Source: Candidatus Multivoradales bacterium
Lineage (GTDB): Bacteria; Acidobacteriota; Thermoanaerobaculia; Multivoradales; JAHEKO01
Length of the DNA stretch: 64,000 bases
Reading direction: 5' to 3'
NCBI GenBank assembly: GCA_965223755.1
Contig: CBDCXF010000002.1
Location: 602,526-666,525, forward strand
Position 1 is the first letter of the stretch, and each line of letters begins with the position of its first letter. The notes beneath the pieces are model-generated. The model worked only from the letters and a program-made list of their open reading frames with translations, had not been told where the DNA came from and did not search any database. Below are positions 60,915 through 64,000 of this stretch, piece by piece. Both the position numbers and the translations under genes were made by a program.

Positions 60915-61844
60915 TTAGTGGCTCGCCACCGTGAACTCGGCCGCCGCAGGCACCCCGGGCTCGGTGAGCCATGCGTAACGGCCGGGTTCCAGGTCGACGC
61001 CGAAATAGACCGTCGAGCCGATCGGGGCCTCCTCGGCACCGCCCAAGAACCGCACGGGAGCTGGACTCTTCATCCCCTCGATATTCATCCAGTCCATCCA
61101 CGCCGAGACGGTTTCGAGGTCGGTGCCCTCTTCCAGCATCGCCAAATGAACGTCGTTGCCGAGGCCGTGTTCGGGATGTTCATCGAAGCGCACCGCGACC
61201 ACGTGGCTACCTGCTCCTACGTCGCCACTCACATCGATCGAGCCGTTGGACAGAGCGATCTGAATATCGGCCTCGGGGGGCTCCAAGGTGGACGCCTCTT
61301 CGGTCACCGTGAAGCCGCGGATCATTCCCAGCGAGACGTGGAAGCGGTTGTCCGCTGTCTTCACGTAGCACTCCATGATGTAGTTGCCCGCGCCCAGTTC
61401 AACGGTGATGTTGCCGCTCTCTCCCGGCGTCAGCATCCCGACACCGCTGGCCGGGATAACGCCGCCGAACCACTCAGGCAGGTTCGCTCCGATCATGGCG
61501 CCAGCGTCGGGCTTCGATAAACCAGTCTGCAACTCACGCCACGCTCGCTCGAACACGGTAACGACTTCCCGCTGATAGTCGAGGACCGTCTTTCCTTCTG
61601 GCAGACGTGAGAGAAGGAAAAAGTGAGGCTCCTGTCCTTCGTTGGTGAAACGAAACGTCGTCCACCCGGACGGAATCTGGTCTCCAAATTGAAACGAGTA
61701 GTCGCGCGCTGTTACCTCGACCAAATTCGCAGGAGGCGCCGCGGCCTCCTCGATAGCTGCCTCGAGCTCACCGTCTCGTTGAGCGCAAGACACAACCAGC
61801 AGCAAGACAGTGCTGATCCCCACGGACTTCCGGCAAAGTCGCAT
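60915..61844 (-). CDS. Hypothetical lipoprotein with tandem cupredoxin-like domains
   Basis: VSC lipobox; F.NEGQEPH and GNYIMEC....HVSLGM (H/C/H/M type-1 Cu-like ligand set). Confidence 0.7.
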   Translation of the reverse strand: MRLCRKSVGISTVLLLVVSCAQRDGELEAAIEEAAAPPANLVEVTARDYSFQFGDQIPSGWTTFRFTNEGQEPHFFLLSRLPEGKTVLDYQREVVTVFERAWRELQTGLSKPDAGAMIGANLPEWFGGVIPASGVGMLTPGESGNITVELGAGNYIMECYVKTADNRFHVSLGMIRGFTVTEEASTLEPPEADIQIALSNGSIDVSGDVGAGSHVVAVRFDEHPEHGLGNDVHLAMLEEGTDLETVSAWMDWMNIEGMKSPAPVRFLGGAEEAPIGSTVYFGVDLEPGRYAWLTEPGVPAAAEFTVASH

Positions 61845-61909
61845 TCGTCAACCTCCTTTTAGTTGTCTAGCAGCCAAGTGCTGGCGGCAGTATAGCGAGG
61901 TTGTGGAAA

Positions 61910-62335
61910 CTAGGACGATACCCGTCGCAGGCCGTCGGCCAACCGTGCCCCAAGGTGCAAAAGCAATCCATACAGCACGCCATAAATCGCAGGACGTACG
62001 TAGGGCCGCTCCAAATCCTGCAACCACGGCTCGTAGAGAAAGGCCAGAGTCAACAGCACCGGTGCAGCCAACAGAGCAACCGACCCGAGAGTCTGCATGA
62101 CGCGCGCGCCAGTCGTTTGAAACGACCTGACGTAGAGACCCAGCAGCAAGTTCAGCCCCCCGGAGAACAAGATGTAGATATGCGCCGACCGATGCAGCAT
62201 GCGCGGCGCATCGTCCATGCCTTCGAGGTGGTCGTATTTCTTGTCCATCACCTGACCGGTGGCGATGAAGGCCAGCAGGGCCAGAACACCCACAGCCAGG
62301 TGCGCCCAGCGCAGCAATTTCGAAGATCTAGCCAC
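61910..62335 (-). CDS. Hypothetical membrane protein
   Basis: Four hydrophobic segments, RSAHIYILF; start uncertain. Confidence 0.6.
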   Translation of the reverse strand: MARSSKLLRWAHLAVGVLALLAFIATGQVMDKKYDHLEGMDDAPRMLHRSAHIYILFSGGLNLLLGLYVRSFQTTGARVMQTLGSVALLAAPVLLTLAFLYEPWLQDLERPYVRPAIYGVLYGLLLHLGARLADGLRRVSS

Positions 62336-62351
62336 CAACGGGCGCTCGCGT

Positions 62352-62627
62352 CTACGCTTCCGCCGTCGTCGGATCGATAATGCCAGCAATCTTGGACACC
62401 CGATTGGCCGGAATCCCTGCTCCTTCGGCGTGCGCACGCACTGTGTCCTCGTCGGGAGCGATGTAAACACAATATACCTTGTCGCCGGTGATGTAGCTAT
62501 GCAGCCACTGAATCTGCGGCCCCATCTCGTGCAGGACTCCGCATGAGATCTGCGAGACACCTTGAAGTTCCTGCGGCGACAAGTCGCCGGCGCCGGGAAT
62601 GTCCCGTTCGATCAAGAACTTGGGCAT
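62352..62627 (-). CDS. DUF4242-family protein
   Basis: MPKFLIERDIPGAG, QWLHSY, YCVYIAP, HA...IPANRVS. Confidence 0.88.
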   Translation of the reverse strand: MPKFLIERDIPGAGDLSPQELQGVSQISCGVLHEMGPQIQWLHSYITGDKVYCVYIAPDEDTVRAHAEGAGIPANRVSKIAGIIDPTTAEA

Positions 62628-62684
62628 CGACTTCTCCTCTGGCTACGAAATGATCTGAATGTGCTCGGTTGAATCTTCATCGCC

Positions 62685-63539
62685 TCAATTGCAATTTAAG
62701 CCTATAGCGCGGGTTCCAAGCTTGACCTTGTATGAGGACTCCCAGCGAATCACCTCGCTTCTACTTGTCGTCTTCGGCAACACCTGGAGCAAAGAAAAGC
62801 GAAAGGAGCCGGGATAATTGGATCCGGTTTCAACCAGATTGCGGAGTAATCTATTGCCTCCGTGGCCGTTGGTCGCGTATTGCTGCCATCGCCCCCAGAC
62901 TCCATCTAAGCCGCATGCGGACCCAACATAAAGGTCTCCGGTCGTCGATGCCAGAATTAAATAGACCCCTGCCACCGCGGACAGGCTTGAGTGCCAATCT
63001 CGATGGGCAGCCGGGTTTGCCATGAGCTCTGCGAGCTCGGCATGCGTCAGGCTGAAGTCTAAATAGTCGATAAACGGCTTGAGTGAACGCCCTGGTGGAA
63101 AGATCTCAATAATGGGCTTGTTCCGCAGGTGCTGGTGCCACGACAACGTAGCGGAACCCCACTCGATAACCACTCGCCCTTCTAGATCGGCATAGCTGTC
63201 CTGCCGCTTCAAATCGTACTTGTAACTGTCTTCACTGACCCAATCAGCAAAAGGCGCGTCATCTGGAATATCTCCCTGTTGGATCTTGCGCCCCTCGGCG
63301 ACCTTGTATACGCCTAACAACCTGGCGCGCGTGCCACCATCACCGGTAAACGACACGATGAAGTCGCACTTGCCGAAAATGTCGCTGCCCTGAGTGGACT
63401 GATAGAGGTCAAACCAACCGTCGCGAATGAGTTCGGCCACATCAAACCGACGATCTTGGTGGCGAACCAGCTTGACTCGACAGGTGGGATCAAATCCACG
63501 CGAGATGAGTAGGTCGAGAATTCCGAATGGTTCGCGCAT
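62685..63539 (-). CDS. GIY-YIG nuclease family protein
   Basis: GVYLI...LYVGSA...GRWQQY..GHGGN...E..YK.KLG. Confidence 0.85.
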   Translation of the reverse strand: MREPFGILDLLISRGFDPTCRVKLVRHQDRRFDVAELIRDGWFDLYQSTQGSDIFGKCDFIVSFTGDGGTRARLLGVYKVAEGRKIQQGDIPDDAPFADWVSEDSYKYDLKRQDSYADLEGRVVIEWGSATLSWHQHLRNKPIIEIFPPGRSLKPFIDYLDFSLTHAELAELMANPAAHRDWHSSLSAVAGVYLILASTTGDLYVGSACGLDGVWGRWQQYATNGHGGNRLLRNLVETGSNYPGSFRFSLLQVLPKTTSRSEVIRWESSYKVKLGTRAIGLNCN

Positions 63540-63556
63540 AGGACCGCTACAACGGC

Positions 63557-63961
63557 CTACCTTGGCTCGACGATCAAAAACTTGGCCGTGGTCTCCCCCA
63601 CATTCAGCGCCTCATGCACGGTGACCTCGGCTCTGGACCAGGTCGCGCCGTCGGGGACGTCGACGATCTCCGTTCCATCTTCATCCTCGATTTGAAATCT
63701 CCCACCAGCCAAGGTGTAGCCGAAGTGCGGGTTGTGGAAGTGGCGTTCGTGGCCGACGCCCGGAGGAAAGGTGCACACGCCGACGAGCATTTCGTCATCT
63801 TGGTGGAGAACTTCGCAGGTGGGTTGGCCTTGCCACCCGGCGTCGAAGGCATGTGGAAGGTTCGGGAGTGAGCCCTTCTGCGCAGTTGCGCAAGCGGCCG
63901 TTACCGCGACGGCAGCCAACAGACTGAACGAAAAACGTCGATCTCTAACTGGCGTGCGCAA
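63557..63961 (-). CDS. Cupin-domain lipoprotein
   Basis: AAC lipobox; HFH.PH...H cupin motif. Confidence 0.8.
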   Translation of the reverse strand: MRTPVRDRRFSFSLLAAVAVTAACATAQKGSLPNLPHAFDAGWQGQPTCEVLHQDDEMLVGVCTFPPGVGHERHFHNPHFGYTLAGGRFQIEDEDGTEIVDVPDGATWSRAEVTVHEALNVGETTAKFLIVEPR

Positions 63962-64000
63962 GAACTTCGACCTCCGCTAAGACGCCGCCCAGCCGGTCTT

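Overview
High-GC bacterial chromosomal window. The 16S signature and the ECF/Ser-Thr-kinase content suggest Acidobacteriota, but taxonomy was not verified. It holds a complete minus-strand rRNA operon (16S, tRNA-Ile, tRNA-Ala, 23S, 5S). The 23S carries an 830-nt group I intron at the E. coli L1917-equivalent site that encodes a LAGLIDADG homing endonuclease. Other content includes a PhoB/PhoR-like pair, purF-purM-purN, many metabolic and stress genes (srkA, maeA, yaaA, csaA, panE, msrAB), three secreted proteases and an IS481 element. The most unusual locus is at about 30.7-40.5 kb, where an ECF sigma and TPR Ser/Thr kinase pair is flanked by genes for secreted proteins. These include a venom-peptide-like precursor with two conotoxin-framework (knottin-like) domains, encoded upstream of a subtilase. 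Two of the flanking transcription units share a putative ECF promoter motif. Further oddities are an erythromycin-esterase-like gene between two 128-bp copies of the srkA 5' end, a very long intron guide sequence, a 15x heptamer repeat between purM and purN, and a 1,237-aa three-heme lipoprotein. All calls come from motifs read by eye, with no database searches.
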